Below, piece by piece: positions 30,925 to 41,724 of a stretch of 64,000 bases of DNA. The translations under genes were made by a program, and so were the position numbers. The stretch's first letter is position 1. Every line of letters starts with the position of its first letter. Under the pieces are notes generated by a model. It was not told where the DNA came from. It saw only the letters and a list, made by a program, of their open reading frames with translations, and made no database searches. Source of the DNA: Candidatus Woesebacteria bacterium (lineage in GTDB: Bacteria > Patescibacteriota > Microgenomatia > UBA8517); the NCBI GenBank assembly GCA_020060845.1, contig JAGUZK010000017.1, positions 23,935 to 87,934 of the forward strand, in the 5' to 3' direction.

Positions 30925-31770
30925 CTAATAACCAGATTTTTTAGATGGAAAGACAATTCTTTTAATTTTTTTCAAGGGGGTTTCAAGGCCAGCCCTAAGA
31001 AGATACTGCCAATCAGCTCTTTCCCAGATATCTTTAACCACAGGAGGCTTGGGTCTAAAAAAAACCTCTGGATAATAAAAATCTCTAGGGAACTCTCTAC
31101 CCAGCTCGTACTTAATTTTTATTTTTCTTTTTGGAACTTTTAAGTCCTCGTCTCTACTGCTAGAACGTGGCATAAAAGTAAAGTGCAAATAAGAGTAATT
31201 TTGAGCCCAAAACCTTTTGCTAGGGTCGCGGTTTTGGATTAACAAGCCCGCGCCATCTACTAGACCCTGCTGTCCGTGTGGTTTTTCAAAATGGAGTCCA
31301 GGAATTTTTCTGTTGATCGCACGAATCGTCAAATGACCAACTTTTCCATCAATCTTGTACCTGCCGGCATTCTCCTCTTGATAGTGGTATACATCACCAA
31401 CTACGTTATAGTACCTACTGACAACCGTCTCAAGACTATCCCCCTTTTCCTCGATTAACCTTCTTACTTCACCAATCGAACTATCCCACCAAACCTCATC
31501 ACCATCTACAATAATAAACCAGTCAGATTTTGTTTTATCAAGCATCCTCTGCCTAACTTGAGTAAAACCATCTACATCTATCTCACCAACTTCTTCAAAT
31601 TCAATTTTATCTGGGTATTTTTTTCGGAGCTCTTCAACCACCAAAAGCGTATTGTCACCGCTTCCTGTGTCCCAAAGCATAACTTTGTCCACATAATCAG
31701 CCACACTACTAACAGCAAACCACAAATACTTCTCTTCATTTCTGACTAAAGTGTGGGCCCAAACCTTCAT
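30925..31770 (-). CDS. Glycosyltransferase GT2
   Basis: VRNEE, DTGSGDNT, WFIIVDGDE. Confidence 0.85.
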   Translation of the reverse strand: MKVWAHTLVRNEEKYLWFAVSSVADYVDKVMLWDTGSGDNTLLVVEELRKKYPDKIEFEEVGEIDVDGFTQVRQRMLDKTKSDWFIIVDGDEVWWDSSIGEVRRLIEEKGDSLETVVSRYYNVVGDVYHYQEENAGRYKIDGKVGHLTIRAINRKIPGLHFEKPHGQQGLVDGAGLLIQNRDPSKRFWAQNYSYLHFTFMPRSSSRDEDLKVPKRKIKIKYELGREFPRDFYYPEVFFRPKPPVVKDIWERADWQYLLRAGLETPLKKIKRIVFPSKKSGY

Positions 31771-33068
31771 TGTTTAACTGCTAAGGGTTCATAACGCTTA
31801 ACTTTTAACAAGAACCAACCAAGTGGAATAATAAAGTTTAAGACCTGTCCTAGTAAAACAGATACTGCAGCACCAGCTGCTCCGAAAGATCCAATCAGTA
31901 TCCAAGCCGAGCAAGAGACAACCGCAAGGTGTACTAGTGATAACCAGAAAAATAGAGATGGTCTGGAAAAATAATAAAAAATAGACATATGAAGTGGCAC
32001 TGAAATGAGAAAGATAAGCATTGCAAAGATTAAAATAACAAACACTGGTGTTACACTTACATATTCACTTCCCAAAAGCAAAGGGGCAATAAAGACAACA
32101 ATCGGCATAGACAAAATTCCCAGACCGGCAAGGCTCAAGACAAATACTTGCACTTTCTTAAAGTAGGTTAAAAGCTCCTTTAGGCTTCCCGTAGCTGCCA
32201 TCTTCGGCGCAACAACGGTATTAATAGCAACAACCAGCTGAGGTATAATTTGTACAATCTGGTTTGCTGCAGCATAAATTCCAAGATCAGAGCTACTTAG
32301 CAATCTCCCAGAGATAAAAGTGTCCACTCTTGCTCCGAACGCAGCCACCAATGAAAAAAGGGCAACCCATTTGTTATAGTGAAAAAACTCTCTCGCAACA
32401 CCCAACTCCCCTTTGACCTTAAAAAAATTGGTCTTAATAAAACCAATTCCCAGAAAAAAACCAAGAAGAGGCATTGCAACATATACCAGCAAATTTGAAG
32501 AGATATCAAGCATTCCAAGCCAAAAGAGTATCAAAAGTAAAATTAATCGCACCGCATTTGTGCCCACTTGAATTCCACTCCATATCCAAAACTTTTGCAA
32601 AGACTGAAGGGAGCTAATGATAAATGAAAAGAGCAATGCCGATCCAACCCCAATAAATGCAATCTTTAAATACTCCTCAATTTCTGGTTTTAGAAAAATC
32701 CTATCTGCAATATAGGGTGAAAGCCAAAGTCCTAAAAGAAGAGATGCAACTGTCAGAACAATTTTTACTTCCAGCCCCAATTTTAGAAACCTATATGCTT
32801 TTGTCTTATCTTTGCCTATATAAGCAGAAACGAACCTAACTAGTCCTGTATTTGTTCCCAAATCAGCAATATCACCAACCAAAGTAAGAGTTGATATTGA
32901 AAGCATCATAATTCCATAAGCAGAGGGTCCAAGAAAGCGGGCAGAAAGAATATAGAAAGCAGCACCCAACGCTCCGTTTATAAAAGTCCCACTAAACGTA
33001 ACGGCAGACTGCCTTAGGGTCTGGGTTTTAACAATCTCTTTTATGAACTTTGGAAAATTTATTTTCAC
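31767..33068 (-). CDS. wzx: Wzx-type oligosaccharide flippase
   Basis: About 12 TM; ARFLGPSAYG, DLG, LGIYAAA, GAAGAAVS. Confidence 0.82.
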   Translation of the reverse strand: MKINFPKFIKEIVKTQTLRQSAVTFSGTFINGALGAAFYILSARFLGPSAYGIMMLSISTLTLVGDIADLGTNTGLVRFVSAYIGKDKTKAYRFLKLGLEVKIVLTVASLLLGLWLSPYIADRIFLKPEIEEYLKIAFIGVGSALLFSFIISSLQSLQKFWIWSGIQVGTNAVRLILLLILFWLGMLDISSNLLVYVAMPLLGFFLGIGFIKTNFFKVKGELGVAREFFHYNKWVALFSLVAAFGARVDTFISGRLLSSSDLGIYAAANQIVQIIPQLVVAINTVVAPKMAATGSLKELLTYFKKVQVFVLSLAGLGILSMPIVVFIAPLLLGSEYVSVTPVFVILIFAMLIFLISVPLHMSIFYYFSRPSLFFWLSLVHLAVVSCSAWILIGSFGAAGAAVSVLLGQVLNFIIPLGWFLLKVKRYEPLAVKQ

Positions 33069-35887
33069 TACTTAAAGATTATACTAGGTTTTTTGATTCT
33101 CTTTCTTCTAACAACAAGGAAAAGAAGAATTATCAGCAAGGCTACCGATACCAACATGCCGGGTAAAATATACTTTTGAGCAGAGAAGTAAACATCGTAT
33201 TCTCCGTTGCTCTCAATATAAAATCCATTTATAAGGCTGTACAACGGGAACGATGACAAACCATTCGCTTGCCATAAAGTGTCAAAACTCTCAGAAAAAG
33301 CCAGGGTGGTGGGCCTTTCCAAACCCTCAATTTTGACTTTATAATGCGTTGGGGAAATCCTTTTATATTCCACTCTTGCTTTATCTATCGAACTGAACAA
33401 TCCCTCCCTCTCCTCCATGGAAAGTTTATTCCACTCTACTGTTTGGTAGTTGCCCGCAACTCTCTCCATTTCCAGCCATTTATTCTTGGGTATAACAGCC
33501 AACGCATTGACTATATTTATATCTCCAGACGTCTTTATCGTGAGGTGTTTGCTGCTTGCCAACCCTCCAACCTCAAACCAGGCAAAATCCGCCTTGTCAA
33601 AAACCGTAACCCTATCTGGAATATCTTTATAGCCAGTTAGCTTAATGACTACCTTTTCAGGTTTTTCGATTTTTGTGTCGATTTGTCCAATTTTTCTATC
33701 CTCTTGGAAAAATTCAATCCTACCACTCCTACCACTTCTCATCACCCTGGCAAGCAAAATATTTTCGACTCCTGAATTCTTAATTTCTACCTCTAATTTT
33801 TGGGTTCCTTCAGCAATTGCCCATCCGCCCCCATAATCAAAATCCAGGTTGTCAATTCTATACTTTTGCTGCAAAAAATCCCTCATCCACAAAAAATCAA
33901 AAGTTTCCCTTTTCCACCAGCCAACTTGCTCTGATCTCGTCAAAGGGTTAGGATCAAAATCCAGATATTGAGCAGGGAAAATGAATCTACTTTTATCAAT
34001 AAAAGTGGCCGCGAAATCTATCTGACCTTTACCGTACAAAACTACTCTGCAAAAACTATCTTTGCAAACATCCCCTATGCCGGGTTTTTCCTCCGCAAAG
34101 ACTAAGCCGTTTTCAGCTAATTTAAACCCCTTAACCTTAATAAGTTCGTTATATATCCCGTCAGAGCCAACTATTAAAAAAGTATTTCCGGTCAAGAAGA
34201 AATGGTCTTGAGAATTCTTGACCTTAAGCAAGGGGACAGGTGCTTTACTCAAACGAGCTTCAATCCAAGGAAGATTTGTAATCTGGTCCAAAAAGCTAAA
34301 GTAATAATCAATATTATCTTGTTTTAATTCCTCCCTTCTCGTATCAGGATAGGGGTAAGCTATATATTTTATCCCTGCCACATCAAAGATCTCTCCCATA
34401 AAGGGGGCTTCTCTTAAAAAGTTAAATACTTCATAAGATCCAACAGTCCCACTTGCAAAGGGTCTTTTTTGGTAAAATCGGGACGCCTCGAGAGATGGAT
34501 GCGTCGGAGATGAAAAACCAAGAGGTGCTTTGGTTGGAATCCAAAAAACTCTACCGAAACCAGAATCATTTTCAATGGTCTTATTCACCCTTTGAAATTC
34601 TTCTTGATAAACAGGCTGAGAAAAAGTACCGGTCATTTTACCTAGCCAAACAGGACGGGCGAGAAGTAAGAAGTAAGAAGTAAGAAGTAATACAAAAAAT
34701 CTAGGATTTAAAATATATGATTTAAGAAAACCCGATTTAAACTTTCCCGAAAAGCTCTCAATTACATCCCCTATTTTATCGACACTAAAGCCAACTAAAA
34801 CTGAATAAGACAGCGCAACTAAAAAGAAAAATTTTGTAGGATCACGAAAAAGTGAAAATCCCGGAATATGGGTAAAAAGCCAAGGATAAACCCCAGGGAG
34901 CGGCGGGTTTGACCCCTTAACCAAAAACACCCCAACTAAAGCAACTAATAGCCAAAAACCAATCTCTTTTTCCTTCTTCCGTAAAATCGGAGCTAAAAAG
35001 ACCAATATAGGAATCAAAACAAATTCCGGCAGGATTGGTGTAACTTTACCAAAAACATTTTTATACCAATGTGGCTGAAGCATAAAAAGAGAGTGTCCAA
35101 GAGTCGCAAATGAAAGAAAAGAGGTTTGAGTTACCCTTTGATAGGTTGCGGGAAGTGTGGGAGCTTTAATCAAAACCGCCGGCAAAATCCAATAAAAATT
35201 CAACCCTAGAAAAACAAAAATTATTACAATCCCAGTTTTGAACCAGTCTAAAAAGTATCTAAAGAATCTTCCTCCCTCCAAAAAAATAACTTCATAAATA
35301 AATTTCAAAAAAAGAAGAATACCCAATACATAGATAAATCTAATATCCGTAAAAACAAGGAAAGATACTAAAATCCCAGACACTAATTTTTCCCTTAACC
35401 CAGCCTTTGTGCCTCTTAAAACTAGGGTAAAAACCAAAGGAAAAAGCGCATATGCTAAAGCTATTTGAAACTGTCCCCCATCGATCAACAAAAGGACAAA
35501 GGTATTTGTTAGATAAAAAAGGGAGGCAACAAATTTTGCGTACTTACCAACTTCCAATTCACTTAAAAACTTTCTTATGGAGAAAATCCCAACAGCCAGA
35601 AATAATAAAACTCCCAATATCCTTTCTAAAACCGAAAAACTTATTCCTAAAGTAGCTCCAAGACCATACAAAAAATCAAGAGGCCAGCTCCAAAGAGTAG
35701 AAACCACATATTCTCCAAAGTTATCACCTGTTCTTGACCATGTTTGAGGCAAAGACAAGCCAGTTTTCAAGGATTCTTGAGGAGTAAGGGGAAAATCATT
35801 CGCGACCCTTAATCCAAAGCCTAAAAGGCCTCTAAAAATAAATAAAATCAGTACAACCAAAATTATTAAATCAATTCCTTTTCTCAT
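33068..35887 (-). CDS. Large AftD-N/YfhO-like GT-C membrane protein
   Basis: About 12 N-terminal TM with KGSNPP and FRDPTKF; large extracellular region; YfhO-like C-terminus (SPTHYKV..LAFSESFD..W..INGF) and a terminal TM. Confidence 0.7.
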   Translation of the reverse strand: MRKGIDLIILVVLILFIFRGLLGFGLRVANDFPLTPQESLKTGLSLPQTWSRTGDNFGEYVVSTLWSWPLDFLYGLGATLGISFSVLERILGVLLFLAVGIFSIRKFLSELEVGKYAKFVASLFYLTNTFVLLLIDGGQFQIALAYALFPLVFTLVLRGTKAGLREKLVSGILVSFLVFTDIRFIYVLGILLFLKFIYEVIFLEGGRFFRYFLDWFKTGIVIIFVFLGLNFYWILPAVLIKAPTLPATYQRVTQTSFLSFATLGHSLFMLQPHWYKNVFGKVTPILPEFVLIPILVFLAPILRKKEKEIGFWLLVALVGVFLVKGSNPPLPGVYPWLFTHIPGFSLFRDPTKFFFLVALSYSVLVGFSVDKIGDVIESFSGKFKSGFLKSYILNPRFFVLLLTSYFLLLARPVWLGKMTGTFSQPVYQEEFQRVNKTIENDSGFGRVFWIPTKAPLGFSSPTHPSLEASRFYQKRPFASGTVGSYEVFNFLREAPFMGEIFDVAGIKYIAYPYPDTRREELKQDNIDYYFSFLDQITNLPWIEARLSKAPVPLLKVKNSQDHFFLTGNTFLIVGSDGIYNELIKVKGFKLAENGLVFAEEKPGIGDVCKDSFCRVVLYGKGQIDFAATFIDKSRFIFPAQYLDFDPNPLTRSEQVGWWKRETFDFLWMRDFLQQKYRIDNLDFDYGGGWAIAEGTQKLEVEIKNSGVENILLARVMRSGRSGRIEFFQEDRKIGQIDTKIEKPEKVVIKLTGYKDIPDRVTVFDKADFAWFEVGGLASSKHLTIKTSGDINIVNALAVIPKNKWLEMERVAGNYQTVEWNKLSMEEREGLFSSIDKARVEYKRISPTHYKVKIEGLERPTTLAFSESFDTLWQANGLSSFPLYSLINGFYIESNGEYDVYFSAQKYILPGMLVSVALLIILLFLVVRRKRIKKPSIIFK
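33925..33947. repeat. Degenerate short REP-like element inside a CDS
   Basis: CTTGCTCTGATCTCGTCAAAGGG, within the peptide PNPLTRSEQVG. Resembles from memory a CTTGCCCTGAGC..GTCGAAGGG element; unverified. Confidence 0.4.
34663..34724. repeat. Heptamer tandem repeats within a CDS
   Basis: (GAAGTAA)x4 perfect at 34663-34690, then AAATCTA GGATTTA AAATATA TGATTTA at 34697-34724. Confidence 0.85.
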
Positions 35888-36080
35888 ATCTTATTCCAAA
35901 AATATAAACTATTACAACCAAAGAAAAAGTAAAAAAGATCAGATTTAGCATTTTTAGAGCAATTCCCTGATGGGAGGTTAAAAGAGAAATAAATACTAGC
36001 AATATTGAAAAAATACAAACCAAAAGTAAGAAATTAGCTGAATTAGTCCAAATACTACTTTCTTTCTTGTTGTCTTTCAT
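35871..36080 (-). CDS. Small 2-TM hypothetical protein
   Basis: 69 aa, overlaps both neighbours, two hydrophobic helices. Confidence 0.6.
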   Translation of the reverse strand: MKDNKKESSIWTNSANFLLLVCIFSILLVFISLLTSHQGIALKMLNLIFFTFSLVVIVYIFGIRYEKRN

Positions 36081-36420
36081 TTCTATATTCTAGCAGGGAA
36101 AGAATAGTTCCAAAAAAGAGAAATAGGAAACTATTTCGAAAAATAAATTCGCTTTGGTTTTTAAGAAAAAACAAAAAAAAGATTACCCCGATAGCAAAAA
36201 GTACAAGTCCGAAGTTTAAAAAGGAATCACTTTTAATTTTATAAAACAGTCTCAAGATCACTAGTCCAACCAACAAAAGCCAATAATAAATACTTTCTAA
36301 ATCCAAGTTCAATTTTAAGGAAAGTGCTAAAATCCAAAAAAGAACAAAAAAAAGAAAAAAAATAGCATAAGAAATAGTAAAAAACTTTTTAAATTTCATA
36401 TTTTTAATCTCTTTTTTCAT
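36055..36420 (-). CDS. Small 4-TM hypothetical protein
   Basis: 121 aa (the internal MKFKK may be the true start), four hydrophobic segments. Confidence 0.65.
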   Translation of the reverse strand: MKKEIKNMKFKKFFTISYAIFFLFFVLFWILALSLKLNLDLESIYYWLLLVGLVILRLFYKIKSDSFLNFGLVLFAIGVIFFLFFLKNQSEFIFRNSFLFLFFGTILSLLEYRNERQQERK

Positions 36421-39400
36421 ATCTCTTTTTAAACAAAGTCAAAAAAGAGACCGAAATAACACCAAAAACGATTGATGTATAAGATACTTTTAGTCCAATT
36501 TCCAAAATCTCCTGAGGTTTATATTCTATTGTAATTTGGTGATTTCCAGGCTTATCTATAATCCAAGCGTTAGCATAACCGTTTGCCAAAAAGTGTTTTT
36601 CCTCCGGAATTTTCTCTCCATTTTCATAAATTGCCACCCAACCGCTGCTGAAAAGCTCAGAAAAAACCAAGTATTCAGAATTTGAGCTTTCTTTATTTAT
36701 AGATACTTCATATCTGGTAGGATTAAGCTTCTCAAAAGATATATTAGACTGACTATCTTCCTTCTCCAAAGGTCCTTCACTAACCAAAAATTGTAATCTA
36801 TCCAAAACTAGCGATATCCTCAAATTTCTCAAATAAGCCGATAGATTTCCCTCTTTTAGATTGCACTTTCTGAAAATAGATTCACCAATGCAAACCCATT
36901 TTCTTTCTGGCAGTATCTCCACTCTCAAAGTTTTGGCACCAGCAGAAGTGTCAAATATTTTTTCCCAATGTCTCCAACTATGAAAATCACCCTCCTTAGC
37001 AATCGATTCCTTAAAATTTGGATCCTCCTCTCTATCTATATCCTGTCTTGCTCTTAATAAAAACGAACTTCCCTGATCAAATCTGAAATCAAAACTAATC
37101 TTTATCCTAGAAGGGACAGTCGGCAAATAAAAAATCCAAGAAGGCAAGCTTTCATTTTCTATACTAAGACTATCAGTTTGCAATAGAACTGACTTCTCTT
37201 CAATTGATTTTCCAAAAATTATCTCTGTTTCTCCTTTTTGTAGATCAAATGATGATTCTGAATTTTCCTTTTTGCCTTCTAAAATAAACCAATCAACATT
37301 TTCGGGGTGTAACACCCCATACTTTCCGCCCCGGGGTATATTAAACCTTGATAGAGTTAATTTATCACCATGTGGATCTACATTCCTTACCAAATTACCC
37401 GATTCCCGTAGAAGTTCACTTAATTCACCTTTCGTCCTTGAATCCAGCCTCTCAAGTAAAACCAGATTATAAATTAAAAATTCAGAAAATGTTGCCTTTA
37501 AATTTGGGTCTTCAAGAGATTTGAAGATATCATTTCTAAAATCTAAAAAATAGTTCAAGTATTCCTCTTCCGCTTTTCTTACCCTCTCTTGATCATTAAG
37601 TTCCGTCTTTGCACGATATAAAGCAACAAGCCGTTTACCCAAAAGTCCCAATTTGAATACTTGTTTATCAGTGCTACTTTTAATACTTGCCAATTCCAAA
37701 TTTTCCTTCAATTTAGAAAGAGGATAAATAAAATCACCAGGTAAGTATTTAGCATAAAAAAGCCTGCCAACCAATTCGTCATTACTTAGAGAAGAAGCTT
37801 GATAGTAATAGTTGGAAACATCAACTGATATGTAGGGTTTAACGATAATCTTTTCAATGCAGCAAGCGTTATCTATTCTTTTATCATCAATAAATACTAA
37901 TTTTTCATTGGAAGCAACCGATAAAAGCTGATTATGGGCTGGGATATCGTAAAAATTGGTAATCACCGCATTCTTGGCTATATACACCTTGGGTAAAAAA
38001 AACTTATCATCAACCCTATAAACAGTAAGTTTGCCTTCTTCTAGTTCTTTTTTGACAAAACCCTTTTCCTCCCATTCTTTTGCCCTTTCCAACACGGTCT
38101 CTGGATTTGCTACTTTTCTCTCTTTGAAGTTGATATCCGAGCGGACAAGCAAATATTTGGCGTTTAAATACGGAAAAAAGTTAAAAATTTTCTCAGAAAG
38201 CTGATATTTTGAAAGCTCGCTTACTATATCCTGGTAGTATGGGATTGAGGTGTTGAATGAAATATTTGGTGTCTCAAAAAGGGTAGATGAAAGCTCAACC
38301 CCGGAGTATGGTTTTTCCCAAGTATAGGTCATTCCCTCACCTCCAATAGGTAAAGAAACGAACCTAAAATTATTTCCTTGTTTTTTAAACCAATTATTAA
38401 CCTTTTCATAATAATCCGGAACTTTAGCCTCGTAAGACTCAAGTTTTTTGGTAATTGGATCCTGTCTCGTAAAAACAAGTCCGGTCCAAAAAGGAAATCC
38501 AAGAAAAACAAAAACATAAAAAAATGTAAAGCCCACAAAAAATCTTCTTAACTTTTCTTTTTTTATCGCTTTTGAAAATTTGCTGACCCCTAAAGCAAAA
38601 AGAGGCGCTGCTGAAAAAGAAAGCAAAAATCCAAACTTTTCAAAAGGATTTCTAAAGACCTGCAAGACCGTAAATCTTGCAAAAAAGAATTCAAAAATCT
38701 CCCCAAAAGGAGGATTATTACCCTTGACCAAGAAAAGCGAAGTCAAAAACAATATTCCCCAAAATAATATTCCCCAACTTTTTTTAAACTTCAGGATGGA
38801 CCAAAATATTAAAATGCTTGCAAAAAATCCTAAAACAGAGACTAAAGGAAAATTGTAAATTCCGGCCCAGGAAAGAGTATTTACACTAAAAAAAGTGCCG
38901 TGCTGTAATCTAACAGCATCGTAAAATTTCCCGAGTAGTTGACTCAAAGTGGCTAAATTCGCAAGATTTCCTTCAGTTGTAAAAAAATCACTCACCGCTT
39001 TGCTCGCCACAGACGAACCGGTATAACTTAAAGCTTGTCCTATCCACCAAAAATTAAAAAGAACAAAACTTATTAGAGTTAACGAAAAATACCTTAAGAT
39101 AAACCACAAATCTTTTTTGCTAAATATATAAAACAGGGTTGTGTAAAAAAACAAAAACCAAAGTATCAAGTTAAAAGGAATTGAAGTCAAAGCAAATGAA
39201 AATACTACACTTGATAAAGAAGTCAGAATTGCGAACCTAAAATCTTTATTCTTGAGCCCTTTAATGAATAAAAGTAAAGCCAAGGGTAAGTATGCCCAAA
39301 AAACCATATAGTTATATAAAAACCTATTCCAAACATTGACTAAAGAAATGGGATTAAACCAATAGAAAAGAACACCTAAAAATGTGAATTTATCTTCTAA

Positions 39401-39736
39401 TTTGGGAAAGAATTCTTTTATTAAAAGAAAAACGGAAACTCCAGCAATAAACCATAAAAACCAAAAGAAAGAAGCTTGAATTATATAAGAAGGAATACCC
39501 AAACCCTTAATCTTTGCTAAAAACCAATAAGTTGGTTTTCCCACAACTGTCATCCCTGTTGAATTGCCTAATGCCGGATCCGCCCAAGAATAGTTAGAGA
39601 TGTCAAGATGCCTCTTTATATTGTAAAAAGATACACCAGATTCACCAACTCCTAAAATAGTCTTATCCCTAAACCACCAAAAAACCATTGAGATAGAAAA
39701 CCCAAAAATAAAAAAAATAAAAAATTTACTTCTCAT
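36404..39736 (-). CDS. Large AftD-N/YfhO-like GT-C membrane protein
   Basis: KGNNPPFG, FRNPFEKF, VPDYY, YfhO-like C-terminus (NPTRYEV..LVFSELFSSGW..HFLANGYANAW) plus TM. Confidence 0.7.
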   Translation of the reverse strand: MRSKFFIFFIFGFSISMVFWWFRDKTILGVGESGVSFYNIKRHLDISNYSWADPALGNSTGMTVVGKPTYWFLAKIKGLGIPSYIIQASFFWFLWFIAGVSVFLLIKEFFPKLEDKFTFLGVLFYWFNPISLVNVWNRFLYNYMVFWAYLPLALLLFIKGLKNKDFRFAILTSLSSVVFSFALTSIPFNLILWFLFFYTTLFYIFSKKDLWFILRYFSLTLISFVLFNFWWIGQALSYTGSSVASKAVSDFFTTEGNLANLATLSQLLGKFYDAVRLQHGTFFSVNTLSWAGIYNFPLVSVLGFFASILIFWSILKFKKSWGILFWGILFLTSLFLVKGNNPPFGEIFEFFFARFTVLQVFRNPFEKFGFLLSFSAAPLFALGVSKFSKAIKKEKLRRFFVGFTFFYVFVFLGFPFWTGLVFTRQDPITKKLESYEAKVPDYYEKVNNWFKKQGNNFRFVSLPIGGEGMTYTWEKPYSGVELSSTLFETPNISFNTSIPYYQDIVSELSKYQLSEKIFNFFPYLNAKYLLVRSDINFKERKVANPETVLERAKEWEEKGFVKKELEEGKLTVYRVDDKFFLPKVYIAKNAVITNFYDIPAHNQLLSVASNEKLVFIDDKRIDNACCIEKIIVKPYISVDVSNYYYQASSLSNDELVGRLFYAKYLPGDFIYPLSKLKENLELASIKSSTDKQVFKLGLLGKRLVALYRAKTELNDQERVRKAEEEYLNYFLDFRNDIFKSLEDPNLKATFSEFLIYNLVLLERLDSRTKGELSELLRESGNLVRNVDPHGDKLTLSRFNIPRGGKYGVLHPENVDWFILEGKKENSESSFDLQKGETEIIFGKSIEEKSVLLQTDSLSIENESLPSWIFYLPTVPSRIKISFDFRFDQGSSFLLRARQDIDREEDPNFKESIAKEGDFHSWRHWEKIFDTSAGAKTLRVEILPERKWVCIGESIFRKCNLKEGNLSAYLRNLRISLVLDRLQFLVSEGPLEKEDSQSNISFEKLNPTRYEVSINKESSNSEYLVFSELFSSGWVAIYENGEKIPEEKHFLANGYANAWIIDKPGNHQITIEYKPQEILEIGLKVSYTSIVFGVISVSFLTLFKKRYEKRD

Positions 39737-41709
39737 TTTTGAGCAGAAAATCTCAAGACCTCACCTCTTCCAAACCAGTTCAGAAATAAAGTTAAAAATA
39801 TCGAAATTGGAAAGGATAAAATAAAAACCGGTTTTACAAGATGATCACCGATTCCTTTTTCTCTTAAAATCTTATTCAAACTGAAAGATAAATTTAATAA
39901 ACCCCTGTGAGGGGTAAAAATTTTAATCGAATGAAACCCCTCTTTTTCAAGGATAACCCTTAGAGATTTTTTTGAGAAATATAAAAGGTGCTCCGGAACA
40001 ATTATCCAACAATAATGACTTTTAAATAGTCTAAGCCATGCAGAATCAAAGTTAGGAACCTCACCCACTATGATTCCTCCATTTTTCAGAAGACTATGAG
40101 CTTTTTTAATATAAGATGAAGGAGATCTGAGATGTTCAAGTACATGCCAAAAAGAAACATAATCAAACTTAGTCGAATAATTCTGCCTAGTAAAAATACC
40201 TACTTTAACTTTTCCTGGCCCTATTTTTGATTCTGTATTGTCCTTTGCTATATAACTGATATCACTACCATAAACATCCCAACCATTTTCTTTTAAATCA
40301 CTAAGTAATTCACCATTTCCACATCCAACATCTAGGATCTTCCCTTTTACAAAATTTCTTCTCAACCATTCAGAGGGAGCTAAATAAATCCTCCTAGTTA
40401 ATATCCATTGGTAAATAAAATTATCCACAGAATTAGAAAGTGAAATGAAATAATTTTTCGACTCATATGTTTTTCTAATCTCATTTTCAGACGGAAACGG
40501 ATCTAAAATTCCTAACTCACAAAAACGACATCTCTTATAAGAAAATTTCGGGGAGACATTTATTTCTTCCTCATCCAAACTCGCAAAGTTACCACAAACA
40601 GGACAAAGAATGCTTTTCTTGCCTATTCCTTTAGTAGAAAACATATTACCAATTCTAATCATATTGAGCCAATAATTTCTAAAAAAAGAAAATATTGATT
40701 CTTCCACAAAGACACCTATTTTACTAAGTTCTTTATCACTGACCTTTCTCAGTTCTTTTTGTATATGATTTCTTTTCTTAAGCGAATCCGGCAAACACAT
40801 AATTGTCCAAATATAAGCTTTTAATAGGCCGGCAAGTGGAGCAAAATTGAGGCGAAAAAACACATTGAATAAGGCTCTCAATAAAGAAATTACAAAATAA
40901 ATAGGAAGATACTTGATTAAACTAATAAAAGAATAATTTTTTATAAAAACTCGTGGCATCTTCGCATAGTGAAATTCCCAAGAAAACCTTCTAAGCCATC
41001 TATCCCTGGTTTTTTGCTCCTTAGACCAATGATATGTTATAGCCTTTGGAGCAAGTACAGTCTTAAAACCCGCTACCCAAAATCTCCAATTCAAATCCAA
41101 ATCGTCCAAATTTATTCCTAATTTCTCATCGAAACCACCAATCTTGACGAAAGATTCCTTTCTATATAGAACTCCCGTAGCGCCTGCAACGATTCCTTTT
41201 AAGTTATCATAAAGACCTACATCTTTTTCCCCAAAACCAATTGCTTTTATCCAACCCAAATGAGGTAGAATTTTGACACCCACGCAGTGAATAAAATTTC
41301 TCTTGTTGATATCAAGAACTTTACTTTGTACCACACCAATACTTTTGTCATCATTAATAATCTTAACCATCTCCATAATCCAATTAGGACGGACTTCTAC
41401 ATCGTGATCTAAAAGAGCCACAAATTTCCCCTTAGCCTTCGCAAAGCCCTTGTTTCTGGTTGCGGCAGCAAGCACCCTTGTTCTGTTTCTATATACCCTA
41501 AGTCTCCCATTTTCTATCTCTTTGGAAAATGTTGAATTGATCAAGTCCAATGTCCCATCTATTGAACAGTCATCAACTATTATTACTTCATATTTTGGGT
41601 AATCAGTCTTAAAAACTGATTTGAGGCACCTTTCAATAAAAATCAAACTATTGAAAGTAGGAATAACAATACTTACTAATGGCAGGGGTTTTGAAATTCT
41701 TTTAGTCAT
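39733..41709 (-). CDS. GT2 fused to a Zn-finger/class I SAM methyltransferase
   Basis: N-terminal IPTFN, DDCSID, LDHD; C-terminal CPVC..CRFC, LDVGCGNG, WHVLEHL, EVPN, PEHL. Confidence 0.85.
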   Translation of the reverse strand: MTKRISKPLPLVSIVIPTFNSLIFIERCLKSVFKTDYPKYEVIIVDDCSIDGTLDLINSTFSKEIENGRLRVYRNRTRVLAAATRNKGFAKAKGKFVALLDHDVEVRPNWIMEMVKIINDDKSIGVVQSKVLDINKRNFIHCVGVKILPHLGWIKAIGFGEKDVGLYDNLKGIVAGATGVLYRKESFVKIGGFDEKLGINLDDLDLNWRFWVAGFKTVLAPKAITYHWSKEQKTRDRWLRRFSWEFHYAKMPRVFIKNYSFISLIKYLPIYFVISLLRALFNVFFRLNFAPLAGLLKAYIWTIMCLPDSLKKRNHIQKELRKVSDKELSKIGVFVEESIFSFFRNYWLNMIRIGNMFSTKGIGKKSILCPVCGNFASLDEEEINVSPKFSYKRCRFCELGILDPFPSENEIRKTYESKNYFISLSNSVDNFIYQWILTRRIYLAPSEWLRRNFVKGKILDVGCGNGELLSDLKENGWDVYGSDISYIAKDNTESKIGPGKVKVGIFTRQNYSTKFDYVSFWHVLEHLRSPSSYIKKAHSLLKNGGIIVGEVPNFDSAWLRLFKSHYCWIIVPEHLLYFSKKSLRVILEKEGFHSIKIFTPHRGLLNLSFSLNKILREKGIGDHLVKPVFILSFPISIFLTLFLNWFGRGEVLRFSAQK

Positions 41710-41724
41710 ATCCCTATTACTAAC

